Source: an uncultured delta proteobacterium (GTDB lineage Bacteria > Desulfobacterota > RBG-13-43-22). From it: 64,000 bases of DNA. Made by a program: the position numbers and the translations under genes. This document shows positions 29,764 through 39,965 of the stretch, piece after piece (the first letter of the stretch is position 1; every line of letters starts with the position of its first letter). The stretch covers positions 64,001 through 128,000 of the forward strand of contig CAWDKY010000015.1 in NCBI GenBank assembly GCA_963802945.1, given 5' to 3'. Below the pieces are notes generated by a model. That model had not been told where the DNA came from. It did not search any database and saw only the letters and a program-made list of their open reading frames with translations.

Positions 29764-30525
29764 TCATAACGAGATTACCTCTCCTCTTCTGACTCTCTCT
29801 CGGACAACATTAAACATAATATCTTGTTCAATAATCTTTTTCCGTGCTTTTTTCTCCGTCTCGTTGGTCTTATGGACTTTTATGATCCCTCCGTTTTTCA
29901 TGACCAGACGGATATGGCACAGGAGAGCTACAACGGGGTCATGGGTGACAAAAACGATTATTTTCCCTTCTGACTTCACCATCTCCATTGCTTCTTTTTT
30001 GAAGATGCCTGCATTCTCAATCTCAGATCGAGCAGAACAACCGGAGATTGACCGATAACAATAGCCTCTGCTATTATCAATGCTCTTGACTGTCCCCCGG
30101 ATAAAGTAGTCATTCTCATCTCTTCGCCAATTTTTTCTCCGGTCAGCCTGTTGGTCAGAATAAGGGTCTTTTTCACTGGTTCGCCTGATTTGATCTTCCT
30201 GGCCTTAGCATGAATAGTCAGAAATTCGCTGATCGTCAGATTAGCGAGAAAATTGGTATGTTGCGTAATCAGTACGATAGGGTTTAAAGATGCGTCCTGG
30301 CGAAAAGATAGTGAGGGGACTTTCCCGTTGATCGTTATTCTCCTTCCTGCTAATCGTATCGCCCTGAGTCAGCATTTCGATATCGTTTACGAATGAAGTC
30401 TTGCCGCTTCCTGTAGGCCCCACTATCGAAATCGTATCACCTGAAACAATGGTCAGCGTTGTAAACCTCTCCTCTTCCCCATCTTTGTTGTGCCCAGGGT
30501 AGATTGTTATCTTGTCTACTTTCAT
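29764..30525 (-). pseudogene. stand-alone ABC-type ATPase with several frameshifts
   Basis: GPTGSGKT, LSGGQSRAL, VVLLD and VTHDP spread over several short ORFs. Confidence 0.8.
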
Positions 30526-30552
30526 AGCATGTCCTTTCTCGTTCTTGCCGTC

Positions 30553-31519
30553 TCAATGATACTCCTGTAGTTTCTTATGTATATCACTCGTCGGACAAAA
30601 GCCGAGGGTTTTCCTCGCCCGCACGTTTGATATAGGATGCTGAATAATATTCTTCTGCCATTTCATATCTTTGTGCTGAATCTGGGCATCGTACATAGGG
30701 GTTATCCAATGTGCAATATCAATGATCCTGGTATCTTGATCAGAACAAATATTGAACGTATTCCCTGCAAACTTATTTTTATAATAAATTGATTTCATGA
30801 GCGCTTCCACAACATCCCCAACAAAAATAAAATTCCTCTTCTGCTCCCCTTTGTTATGGACTTCTATCATTTTTTTCCTCAGTGCGTCTCCCACCATAAC
30901 AGATATTACACCAGGTTCGTTGTCAACATACCATCGGTGAGAAGCATGGCCAACCCCATACACGTTTGACATCCTCAGGGTCACCGTATCAAGCATGAAT
31001 TCATGAGCAAACATCTTATTGTAGTACTCCTGGGCTATCTTCTGCTGAAAGTATTGATTGATAGGAACCATAGGCTCGTTTTCTGATAGTTTAGTATTCT
31101 GCAATTTCATATAAACTCCAGACCAGAAACCCAATATAATTCTCTTCACACCGCATATGATCGAGGCCTCCAGCAGCCGCCGATAACCTTCAACATTTTT
31201 TTTCCATCTCTCAACCTGTGATTGAGTGATCTCAGTCCTTTAGGGAAAGACTCTTTTGTCTTTTTCTTCGGCCAGATGAACTACTACATCAATCACCTCC
31301 AGTAAGGTTATAATCGTTTCCAGATCGTAAAAATCAATCTTAAAAAGCTCACACCTATTTTTTTTCACAGGGAGGCAAAGCGTGTCATCAAAGTGCTGCC
31401 GCTTTGTAGAGAAGAAGTTATCAACTGCATATATATGTACTTTCTCCGCCGAATTGCTAAGAGAGGCGACGAGGTTGCTCCCAATAAATCCGGCTGCACC
31501 AGTAATGAGTATTGTTCAT
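30553..31519 (-). pseudogene. NAD-dependent epimerase/dehydratase, heavily decayed
   Basis: ILITGAAGFIGSNL (out of frame with the ATG), VVVHLA, LRMSNVYG, RNFIFVGDVV; internal stop and shifts. Confidence 0.8.
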
Positions 31520-31529
31520 ATTATTATCC

Positions 31530-32183
31530 TTATAGAATTATTATGCCTTCAAGTCTTACGTGTAGTCCGTGTGATTTTTCAAGGACCATATTGACGACTC
31601 CGGTATGAGTAGCATTCATCATACAAAAACCGGGCAAGAACCTCTGGCGCCTGCCGAATTCCGGAGATCTCCTTACCACTTTAGCGATCCCCTCAAAACC
31701 TAACATGACGTAGGCTTCAACATCATATATTTTTTTTCCCCTAGAAAACTGAGGCCCCACACACCACGTATCGAGAATACCGGTAATGGGATTCGCCTTT
31801 ATCACCTGAAGAACATGCTGTACGGGGCATCCGGCGCTCATGGGGCGGCCAGTCACAATGTCCCCAGCCTTAATCTTCCATTTTTCCACCAGGTCAGGTC
31901 TGAAGGGCATAACAATCTTTCTCGCAGAAACCTCTCCAGGAAGAGAATCCAATACAAAATCAAAAGTCTCCCCGAAAACATCGACTGACTGAATTTTAGT
32001 CTCCACTATGCTGTCTGTGACACCTCCACCTTCGGTTAGTTCAGGTTCAAAAAAGACGCACATCTGGATCTTCTTTTCCTCTCTCCGAACGAGATCAATA
32101 AATTTATCGCAACGTTTCTCACCACAGAGGCCGCAATTCTTACCTGGTGGTTTCCATAATTGAGCTTTCTTCTTAGCAGCCAT
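31530..32183 (-). CDS. uncharacterised Fe-S protein with N-terminal FeS (PGxNCGxCG) domain
   Basis: PPGKNCGLCGEKRC...C; GRPMSAGCPVQHVL; PGFCMM..HTG; purine-rich RBS before ATG 32183. Confidence 0.85.
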   Translation of the reverse strand: MAAKKKAQLWKPPGKNCGLCGEKRCDKFIDLVRREEKKIQMCVFFEPELTEGGGVTDSIVETKIQSVDVFGETFDFVLDSLPGEVSARKIVMPFRPDLVEKWKIKAGDIVTGRPMSAGCPVQHVLQVIKANPITGILDTWCVGPQFSRGKKIYDVEAYVMLGFEGIAKVVRRSPEFGRRQRFLPGFCMMNATHTGVVNMVLEKSHGLHVRLEGIIIL

Positions 32184-32518
32184 CTCTCCCCTCATTATGT
32201 ATATCTGATTTTTATACAACAACGCCCGATGTTGAGAGGTCAGGTTTTGTATTACTGAAAATATTATTAAATTTTTCCCTGAGTATTATGACAACATCAA
32301 GACCAACGCATTAAAAATTACCTTACCTAAGGATAATTATTGTCGTCAGCAGCCCGCAGGTACCACATTGGGTTGTCGGGGGCCATTCTGTAGGCAGACC
32401 TCTCTCTTGATTTTAGGTATTTCATTTTTTCGATTTTTTCGTCTTCTGATTCTTCTAGCCTTCTTAATCCTCAATCAATTTCAACCTTAGCATGGTTATG
32501 TTTAAGTATTACTACTAT

Positions 32519-32564
32519 TACTATCGTTTTAATAGTATATAAACGTACCGACCATTCTTGTCAA
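32519..32564 (-). promoter_or_regulatory. promoter with Rrf2-type operator heading the sulfur cluster
   Basis: TTGACA-17-TATATA overlapping TACTAT-N7-ATAGTA. Confidence 0.55.
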
Positions 32565-32611
32565 GAAAAATTTTACAAAAACCAATCCCGTCAGGGATAA
32601 AGTTCGATTGT

Positions 32612-33313
32612 TTATTTTTTTTCAGTTGAAGGGGAGTTAATAGTGATCGTTATCGGGCGGGACAATTTAAAGACCAGTTCCGTGCCGGCCTTAAGGAATA
32701 AATTCTCTTTCCCGGTTACATAGGCAAATACCCCACCAATTACTGCTCCCAGGCTCATTCCCACCAAGGCCCCGGGTATTTGCCCAAAGAGAATACCCGC
32801 ACCGGCCCCCAGGATGGCCACGCCTCCAATCAGACCCATATTATGCAAAAGATGCGCCCGGCCTGTCTTTTGAAAAGGTTCGGTGGTCAGCAGATAAGTA
32901 GTTTGATCGAGCATAAAAATCCGCACTAATCGAAGTTCGATTAAAGCCATGCCGCTAAGATATCCCGACTCAATAGAACGGGAAATTACACCGAGCAATG
33001 GGACCCCTTCCGGGATCAAGGTCTTACTTCCGAGCATAATCGGCTCTTTGAGGGTGGCAAAAAAAGATTGGCCGTTTCGATGGGTGGATGTACGGATAGA
33101 CTGATTTAATTGGACTTTGAATAGGGTTCCTGCAGGAATGGTTACCCGGATGGGTTCGGGTATCGGCGGGGTGGGTTGCTGGGATGGTGTCGTTTGGGGT
33201 GCCTTTCCTTGGTTGGAACCCATGGCCATAAGGGCCGGAGCCTCTACCCATAAGGCAAAAAACATTAAAAGAAAAATCAAAAAAAATGCCCTTTTCATAT
33301 TTGATGATCTCAT
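32612..33313 (-). CDS. exported protein with glycine-zipper region (TrbI-like beta domain)
   Basis: Signal peptide, Pro-rich linker, TIPAGT...LKAGTELVF, GxxxG repeats. Confidence 0.75.
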   Translation of the reverse strand: MRSSNMKRAFFLIFLLMFFALWVEAPALMAMGSNQGKAPQTTPSQQPTPPIPEPIRVTIPAGTLFKVQLNQSIRTSTHRNGQSFFATLKEPIMLGSKTLIPEGVPLLGVISRSIESGYLSGMALIELRLVRIFMLDQTTYLLTTEPFQKTGRAHLLHNMGLIGGVAILGAGAGILFGQIPGALVGMSLGAVIGGVFAYVTGKENLFLKAGTELVFKLSRPITITINSPSTEKK

Positions 33314-33325
33314 GAGAAGTCTATC

Positions 33326-34510
33326 CTAAAAACGACCAAGCAATTCTTCAAATAGTTTCAGATGAGCCTGGGCAGCGGCTTGAAAGGTGAATTGTCTGGC
33401 ATAAGGCGGCCCGGCTTTTCCCAAACGATCCTGTAGTTCAGGGTCCTCCATCAATTGTTCCAATGCCTGAGCCAGTTGTTGGGGAGTGTTTTCTTTAAGA
33501 ATGATTCCTTTATCCTTGACTAACTCCGGCATGGCACCCAGGGGGCTGCTGATAACCGGCTTTCCGGCCATCATACCTTCCAGAAGTGTGACTCCCCAGC
33601 CCTCTTCTTCCAAAGAAGCCAAAACCACTACATCGGAAGCTGCATAATAAAGGGGTATCTGGTCCCTGGGAACCAATCCGGCATAACGAAAGTGATCGGT
33701 CAGTCTGTTTTTTTCAATGAATTTTTGCACCTGTTTTTGAGTTCGGTCGTCGGTTACTCCGGTGGCGTTAACCAATAGATTGGGATATCGATCCTTCAAC
33801 AAGCGCAGGGCCTTGAGGACATTCATAATACCTTTATTCAAACGTAACGGGCTGGTGTAAACCACAAAACGGCCGGATAAATTTAATTTTATTTTGGCTT
33901 CTTGCCGGGGAAAAACAGGCCAGTCCTGCCAATCAGCCCCGTTGTGTATTACCGTAATTTTCTCTTTGGAAAAACCTCGGACTAGCAATTTTTCCTGCCA
34001 GAATTCAGAAACCGTTACCACCCAAAACCGTTTGGCCAAATGATCTCCCCAGGTATGGTAAATGGTTTGGAAGGGCTTCCGAAAAGTTTCAGGGGTCATA
34101 AAAAATTTAAACCAGGGAACTTGCCTGAAGAGATGATGGATGACCGCTACGGACACCAGGGGCGCATAGGGACCTTTTTGACAGAGATAATTGACGATAT
34201 TGGATGGTCCTCCGACGGAATAGAGGATGTCATAAGATTCTTGGACTAATTTTTTTAAATGGGCAACGGCGGCCAATCTGGAATGGAAAAAAGATTTAAT
34301 GCGGCCTTTATCCGGCCTTTGGCCAAAGGAAAAGCCAACGGTATGGGAAACGATGCAAAGATTGGACGCCCAGGGAATATCCTGTGGTGGAACCAGGGTA
34401 ATCAAGGTCACATCCACCCCCAAGGCGGCTAATTCTTCGGCCACCCGGGCGACATACCAGTTCCCGCCGGTGGCCAAACCCAATCGATCTCCAATAAAAG
34501 CAACTTTCAT
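33326..34510 (-). CDS. GT4 glycosyltransferase
   Basis: EEGWGVTLLEGMMAGKPVI. Confidence 0.9.
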   Translation of the reverse strand: MKVAFIGDRLGLATGGNWYVARVAEELAALGVDVTLITLVPPQDIPWASNLCIVSHTVGFSFGQRPDKGRIKSFFHSRLAAVAHLKKLVQESYDILYSVGGPSNIVNYLCQKGPYAPLVSVAVIHHLFRQVPWFKFFMTPETFRKPFQTIYHTWGDHLAKRFWVVTVSEFWQEKLLVRGFSKEKITVIHNGADWQDWPVFPRQEAKIKLNLSGRFVVYTSPLRLNKGIMNVLKALRLLKDRYPNLLVNATGVTDDRTQKQVQKFIEKNRLTDHFRYAGLVPRDQIPLYYAASDVVVLASLEEEGWGVTLLEGMMAGKPVISSPLGAMPELVKDKGIILKENTPQQLAQALEQLMEDPELQDRLGKAGPPYARQFTFQAAAQAHLKLFEELLGRF

Positions 34511-34577
34511 ATGAAAAAGTCCCGTGTTCAGTGTTCAGTGTTCAGCGTTGACAGAAAAAATATAATTCTTTACTCCT

Positions 34578-35762
34578 TCAGCCTTCAGCCTTTTTTTCAC
34601 ACATGATCTTTTCAAACACCTCTAAAGTAATTTTGGCCGAGGTTTCCCAGGAAAATTTTTTAGCCTGTTCCAATCCGGCCTTCCGTAATTTTTCAGCCAA
34701 CTCAGGCTCCTGCACCAGACGAAGCATGGCCTTTTGCAAATCCTCCAGGCTATTAGGGTCGACCAATAATCCTGCCTCGCCAACAACCTCGGGCATAGCG
34801 CTTTTTCCGGAAGTGATCACCGGGCACCCGCACTGCATGGCCTCCAGCAGGGGCAGGCCGAATCCTTCATACCAGCTTGGATAAGCCAAAAATGCTGCGG
34901 CGTTGTAAAAAAGGACCCTTTCCGAGTCCGGTACATAGCCTACCCAGTAGACTCGTTGTTTAAGCTCCGGCCTTTCCATCTCCTTAAAGATCGGTTCCCA
35001 TTTCCAACCCTTTTGTCCAACCAGAACCAGGTCATGGGGAATTTGATCTCGTATCCCGGCGAAGGCTTTAAGCAAGGTCAGGATATTCTTTCGAGGCTCC
35101 AGAGTGCCCAGAAACAGGATAAAGGTTTTTTTTAGTCCATGGGTTTCAAGAAATTTTTCTTGGGCTCCGATATCCGATAAGGGCTGAAAATCCTCCTCGG
35201 CCCCATGATAAGCAACCGTTATCTTCTCTTCGGAAACCTTGAAAAGGGTGATCAAATCCTTGCGGGTGGCTTCGGAGACGGCCAAGATATGATCATAACG
35301 CCGCAACATGGCCGGGTAGGCCAGACGGTCCAGCACCTTCTGCATAGGATTGAAAGGAAAAAAATGGGGAAACAAGTATCGGGTCAGATCATGCACGACC
35401 ATTACTGAGGCTACTCCGGCAGGAATACGAAAAGGTCCATAAAGACCAGGAGAAAAAATCAGGTCAAATTGATGGAAGGTCTTAGAAACCTCCCAGAGGA
35501 TCCAGCGGGTTATTCCCATTGGATGGTTAGGCAGGTCGATGATCACTTGCTCAAACTGATCTCTGAAGGATATGGGATGGCGACGATGATCGATCAAGAC
35601 ATAACGATGCTCAGGGGCCTGTTTTTTCATGGCCAGAAGAACCTGATGGAGATAGTGATCTATTCCCGTCTTCTTTTCCCCGATCACCCCGTAAATGATC
35701 CCAATTTTAATGGGCTTTTTGCTCACAAGAAAAAGGTTAGGCCGAGGCCAATGAAAAGTCAA
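34578..35762 (-). CDS. GT4 glycosyltransferase (tandem paralog B)
   Basis: GTLEPRKN, YEGFGLPLLEAMQCGCPVI. Confidence 0.93.
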   Translation of the reverse strand: MTFHWPRPNLFLVSKKPIKIGIIYGVIGEKKTGIDHYLHQVLLAMKKQAPEHRYVLIDHRRHPISFRDQFEQVIIDLPNHPMGITRWILWEVSKTFHQFDLIFSPGLYGPFRIPAGVASVMVVHDLTRYLFPHFFPFNPMQKVLDRLAYPAMLRRYDHILAVSEATRKDLITLFKVSEEKITVAYHGAEEDFQPLSDIGAQEKFLETHGLKKTFILFLGTLEPRKNILTLLKAFAGIRDQIPHDLVLVGQKGWKWEPIFKEMERPELKQRVYWVGYVPDSERVLFYNAAAFLAYPSWYEGFGLPLLEAMQCGCPVITSGKSAMPEVVGEAGLLVDPNSLEDLQKAMLRLVQEPELAEKLRKAGLEQAKKFSWETSAKITLEVFEKIMCEKKAEG

Positions 35763-36904
35763 TCGGTAATCTTATTTTTTGTTACTTCCTTAAAAACCTC
35801 TAAAATTTTTCGGGCAGAAGTCTCGCCGGAAAATTTTTTGGCCTGCTCCAATCCAGCTTGCCTAAGTTGTTTTACCAAACCAGCGTCTTTAATCATACGC
35901 AACATGGCCTTTTGTAATTCCTCTTCGTTATCCGGATTGACTAAGAGGGCTGCGTCCCCGACTACTTCCGGCATAGAACTGGTGCTGGAGGTGATCACCG
36001 GACAGCCACATTGCATGGCCTCCAACAAAGGCATGCCGAATCCTTCATACCAGCTTGGATAGGCCAAAAATGCTGCGGCATTGTAAAAAAGGACCCTTTC
36101 CGAATCCGGTACATAGCCCACCCAATGGATGCGCTGCTGAAGTTTTTGCCTCCCAATCTCTTTAAAGATGGGATCATACTTCCAACCCTTTTGTCCAACC
36201 AGAACCAGATCATGGGGGATCTGATCCTTTAAACCGGCAAAGGCTCTGATGAGGGTCACTAGGTTCTTTCGGGGTTCCAAGGTACTCAGGAATAAAATGA
36301 AAGGTTTCTTTAAGCCGTACCTTTTAATGCATGGTACTAACGTAGCAGGATTGACTAAGGGTTGAAAGGATTCCTCCGCCCAAGGATAAACCACCGTCAT
36401 CTTTTCCTGGGGGATATTAAAAAGAGTCATCAAATCTTTTTGGGCGGATTTGGAGATGGTTAAGATATGATCATAACGCCGCAACATGGCCGGATAGGCA
36501 AACCGATCCAGGATTTTTTGTACGGGATTAAAAGAAAAAAAACGAGGGAAAAGATATCGGGCAAGATCAGGAACCATCATCACCGACGCTACGTTTGTAG
36601 GGATGCGAACAGGCCCGTAAAGACCAGGGGAATAAATCAAGTCAAATTGATCCAGAATCCTGGGGACCGCCAAAAGATTCCAGCGGGTTAATCTCACGGG
36701 ACGACCTGGCAGATCAATGATCAATTGCTCAAAATGATCCCGGAAGGGACCCTGTTGTCTGCGGTGATCGATCAGGACATATCGATGCTCAGGGGCCAGC
36801 CTTTTCATGGCCAATAGGACCTGATGGAGAAAATGATCCATGCCGGCCTTCTGTTCGCTGATCCCCCCATAAATGACCCCGATTTTTAGAGACTCGCCCG
36901 TCAT
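35759..36904 (-). CDS. GT4 glycosyltransferase (tandem paralog A)
   Basis: STLEPRKN, YEGFGMPLLEAMQCGCPVI. Confidence 0.93.
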   Translation of the reverse strand: MTGESLKIGVIYGGISEQKAGMDHFLHQVLLAMKRLAPEHRYVLIDHRRQQGPFRDHFEQLIIDLPGRPVRLTRWNLLAVPRILDQFDLIYSPGLYGPVRIPTNVASVMMVPDLARYLFPRFFSFNPVQKILDRFAYPAMLRRYDHILTISKSAQKDLMTLFNIPQEKMTVVYPWAEESFQPLVNPATLVPCIKRYGLKKPFILFLSTLEPRKNLVTLIRAFAGLKDQIPHDLVLVGQKGWKYDPIFKEIGRQKLQQRIHWVGYVPDSERVLFYNAAAFLAYPSWYEGFGMPLLEAMQCGCPVITSSTSSMPEVVGDAALLVNPDNEEELQKAMLRMIKDAGLVKQLRQAGLEQAKKFSGETSARKILEVFKEVTKNKITD

Positions 36905-36925
36905 GACTCAGACAGAAAGAAAAGT

Positions 36926-37582
36926 TCACAGCTTGCCGAGCAATCGGGTAAAAAGGCGTATAGCTGATTCATCCATCTGTTGCAGGGCTTTTTTATTCAA
37001 ACCGGCTCCTTCCACAATTCTTGCCCGCTGGTCCAAAGGGACAATATCTTCCGGTGAATGGGTGTCGGAATTTAAAACCAGGCCGGCCTTGGCCTTTTGG
37101 GCCAGACGAACAACATGCCCGTTGGTCAAGCTGTGCCCTTTCCGGGAAGTGACCTCCAGAAGAACCCCTTTTTCGGCTGCCCGGCGAACCTCGTCCAAGG
37201 TGATTAATCCCGGATGGGCCAGGATATTAACCCCGGCCTCGATGGCCGCCCGGTTGGTTCCTGGAGGCACCGGCTCGGCAATGGTTTCCCCATGAACGAC
37301 GATGAGACGGGCACCAAGTTTTCTGGCCTTGGCGACCAAACCGGCAATCGTCTCCGGTGGGACGTGGGTCAATTCAATCCCCGGGATCACTTTGATAGGC
37401 CAATGGGCATTTATTTCTCGAGCCGCAAAAACGATCCGGGGAACAATGTGATCCAGGTTGGAGACATCGGCGTGATCGGTAATGGCCCAATATTGATAGC
37501 CTTTGACTTCCGCCCTCCTGACCAGTTCCGAAGGAAGGAGGTCCCCATCACTAAGTAGAGAATGCGTATGAAGATCGATCAT
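36926..37582 (-). CDS. PHP-domain protein (histidinol-phosphatase-like)
   Basis: IDLHTHSLLSDG, ITDH, AHPG, NSDTH. Confidence 0.92.
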   Translation of the reverse strand: MIDLHTHSLLSDGDLLPSELVRRAEVKGYQYWAITDHADVSNLDHIVPRIVFAAREINAHWPIKVIPGIELTHVPPETIAGLVAKARKLGARLIVVHGETIAEPVPPGTNRAAIEAGVNILAHPGLITLDEVRRAAEKGVLLEVTSRKGHSLTNGHVVRLAQKAKAGLVLNSDTHSPEDIVPLDQRARIVEGAGLNKKALQQMDESAIRLFTRLLGKL

Positions 37583-37794
37583 GGTCGTGACTTAGACAGA
37601 AAATCCTTTCTTTTAAATTTAAAGAAGAACAGACCGCCAAACCCTCCCCCGAAACTATCCGCCAGGACATCGCCTAAGGGCGCATCTCGTCCGGGAACAA
37701 ACCATTAGGGGAAAAAATATTACCACCATCCACGGGAGGCCTGGGAGGACAAAACTAGTCTCAGGGAATAGGAAAAATCAGAATGGTCAGCCTC

Positions 37795-38292
37795 TCACAT
37801 TTTATATTTTCCGAAATCATCAGGAGCTAGGGATTCCAGGATTTCCGTCCACTTCTTGCCTTCAGTGGATTTAATTTCTTCTTTGGGCCCCATATCCATG
37901 TCTTTGGATTTCAGAATGACTTGTTCTTCCACATAAATGGGGGCCTCAGTCCGCAAGGCCAGGGCGATGGCATCGCTGGGACGGGCATCCAGGGAAAATT
38001 CCTTGTCCTTGAGAATCATATACATGAGCGCAAAAAAAGTATTGTCCCGAAGATCGCATATTTCGACCTTGGCCAGTTTTATGCCCAGTTGATCCATCAG
38101 ATTCTTCATTAAATCATGGGTCATGGGTCTGGAAAACTTGATATTTTCCAGTTCACTGGCTATGGCCGTGGCTTCCAAAAGGCCTATCCAGATAGGTATG
38201 GACTTGTCCCCCTCCAGATTTTTAAGGATCATGATCGGGCTGTTGGTCAAAGGGTCGATGGTTAACCCGAAAATTTTCATTCGAATAGACAT
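37795..38292 (-). CDS. bifunctional nuclease (DUF151) family protein
   Basis: IPIWIG..EA, RPMTHDL, DARPSDAIALALR. Confidence 0.93.
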   Translation of the reverse strand: MSIRMKIFGLTIDPLTNSPIMILKNLEGDKSIPIWIGLLEATAIASELENIKFSRPMTHDLMKNLMDQLGIKLAKVEICDLRDNTFFALMYMILKDKEFSLDARPSDAIALALRTEAPIYVEEQVILKSKDMDMGPKEEIKSTEGKKWTEILESLAPDDFGKYKM

Positions 38293-38348
38293 ATAACCTC
38301 ACTACTCAGTTTTGGATTCGAGATATTTTAAAAGTTGTCGTTTGATCT

Positions 38349-39668
38349 TTATAGTAACACACCTTTTAAGGAATGGATATAAGCCTTTTCAATCCGAACC
38401 GGGACCGTTTTCCCCAACAGATCCGAGGGGCCGGGAAAATTGACAATTTTATTGCTCCGGGTTCTCCCCATCCACTCCTGGGAGGATTTTTTGCTGGTTC
38501 CTTCAACCAATACTGTTTGCACCGTCCCTTCCATGGTCTGATTCTTTGAAAGGGTGACTTTTTTCTGATAGGTCTGAAGCTCCCGTAAACGGCGACTCTT
38601 TTCCTCCTCAGGTACCTGATTTGAAAAATGGGAGGCCGTTGTGTTGGGACGATTCGAATATTTAAAGGAGAACATATCATCCAGTTGAACCGCCCGGATC
38701 AGATCCATAGTCTCATCAAAATCAGCTTCGGTCTCTCCTGGAAACCCCACAATGACATCGCTGGTTATGGCTATGCCCGGGCATTGCTGCCTGAGTTGAG
38801 CAATCTTTTCCAGGTAATCTTCACGGGTATAATGCCGATTCATCTTTTTCAGTGTGCGATTTGAGCCGGCCTGGACAGGGAGATGAATATGTTCGCATAA
38901 ATTTGAAATCCGCCCAAAACAATCGATGAGTTCCGGGGAAAGGTCCTTGGGGTGAGAAGTCGTAAAACGAATCCGGTCCAGCCCGGAAATTTTTTCCAGA
39001 AGATGCAACAAAGAAGCAAAGGTCATTTCCCCCGTCCGATTTTGACCATAGGAATTGACGTTTTGGCCTAAAAGAAGGATCTCTTTGACCCCATTGGCCG
39101 CCAGGGTTTCCACCTCGGAAAGGATTTCCTGACTCGGACGGCTTTCCTCGGGTCCGCGGACAAACGGGACCACGCAATAAGCACAATAATTATTGCAGCC
39201 CTGCATAATGGTCACCGAGGCTTTAAGCCCTGGCGAAAAGTCGGAGGTCATCAACAGGGAATTAAGAGATAGTTCCCCCTGGTCCATATCAATTTGGGAT
39301 AATCGGTTTTTACCCCGTCTGACTTTTTCAATCAGGCCGGGAAGCTGATGGATCATTCGAGTCCCAAAGACCAAATCCAGGTGAGGCACCCTTTCTAATA
39401 GGTGTTCTCCTTCCTGTTGGGCCACACAGCCCCCCACTCCAATAACCAGATCTGGTTTTTGGTTCTTCAACCGTTTAAGTCGTCCTAAAAGGCTATAGGT
39501 TTTTTCCTCTGCTTTTTGGCGAATGCTGCAGGTATTGACCAGAATCAGATCGGCCTCTTCCATCTTCTGGGTAACCTGGTAATCGGCAGAGAGCAAAAGC
39601 TGGGCAATCGTCTGGGAATCTCTTTCGTTCATCTGGCAACCGAAGGTGGCAATATGGACCTGTTTCAT
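38349..39668 (-). CDS. miaB: tRNA-2-methylthio-N6-dimethylallyladenosine synthase
   Basis: TFGCQMN, NTCSIR, GCVAQ, CNNYCAYC, TRAM domain. Confidence 0.96.
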   Translation of the reverse strand: MKQVHIATFGCQMNERDSQTIAQLLLSADYQVTQKMEEADLILVNTCSIRQKAEEKTYSLLGRLKRLKNQKPDLVIGVGGCVAQQEGEHLLERVPHLDLVFGTRMIHQLPGLIEKVRRGKNRLSQIDMDQGELSLNSLLMTSDFSPGLKASVTIMQGCNNYCAYCVVPFVRGPEESRPSQEILSEVETLAANGVKEILLLGQNVNSYGQNRTGEMTFASLLHLLEKISGLDRIRFTTSHPKDLSPELIDCFGRISNLCEHIHLPVQAGSNRTLKKMNRHYTREDYLEKIAQLRQQCPGIAITSDVIVGFPGETEADFDETMDLIRAVQLDDMFSFKYSNRPNTTASHFSNQVPEEEKSRRLRELQTYQKKVTLSKNQTMEGTVQTVLVEGTSKKSSQEWMGRTRSNKIVNFPGPSDLLGKTVPVRIEKAYIHSLKGVLL

Positions 39669-39701
39669 GAAGATCTTTTCTGCTCTAAAATTTTTTTCTG
39701 G

Positions 39702-39750
39702 TTAAGCCTTCATGCCCGCCTGAGGTGGGCGCCGCGAGGCATCAAAATGT
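39702..39750. repeat. short hairpin repeat, second copy at 54228-54277
   Basis: ttaagccYtcatg...ggcgccRcga..cat shared by both sites. Confidence 0.55.
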
Positions 39751-39965
39751 CGAATATCGAATTACGAATATTGAATATCGAAGTTAGGAAGAAACCAATC
39801 CATTCATGATTTGAAATTCGACGTTTGGAATTCAATATTCGCATTTTTAAATAAATAGTAACGAATTTCTAATGAAATATCAAGGAAGAAACCATCCGAC
39901 AAAATTTCCTTGACTTATTTAAGGAAAAGGATACAAGGGAATAAATTTCGCCGGCAGAGCATGAT

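Noticed and set aside
32275-32415. SAM-I riboswitch upstream of the sulfur operon (ATCAAGAG...TGGCCC...CGACAACC on minus strand)
   Set aside because: Only scattered motif echoes; the GAGGGA kink-turn, P3 closing strand and P1 partner are not recognisable. An Rfam SAM cmsearch would settle it.
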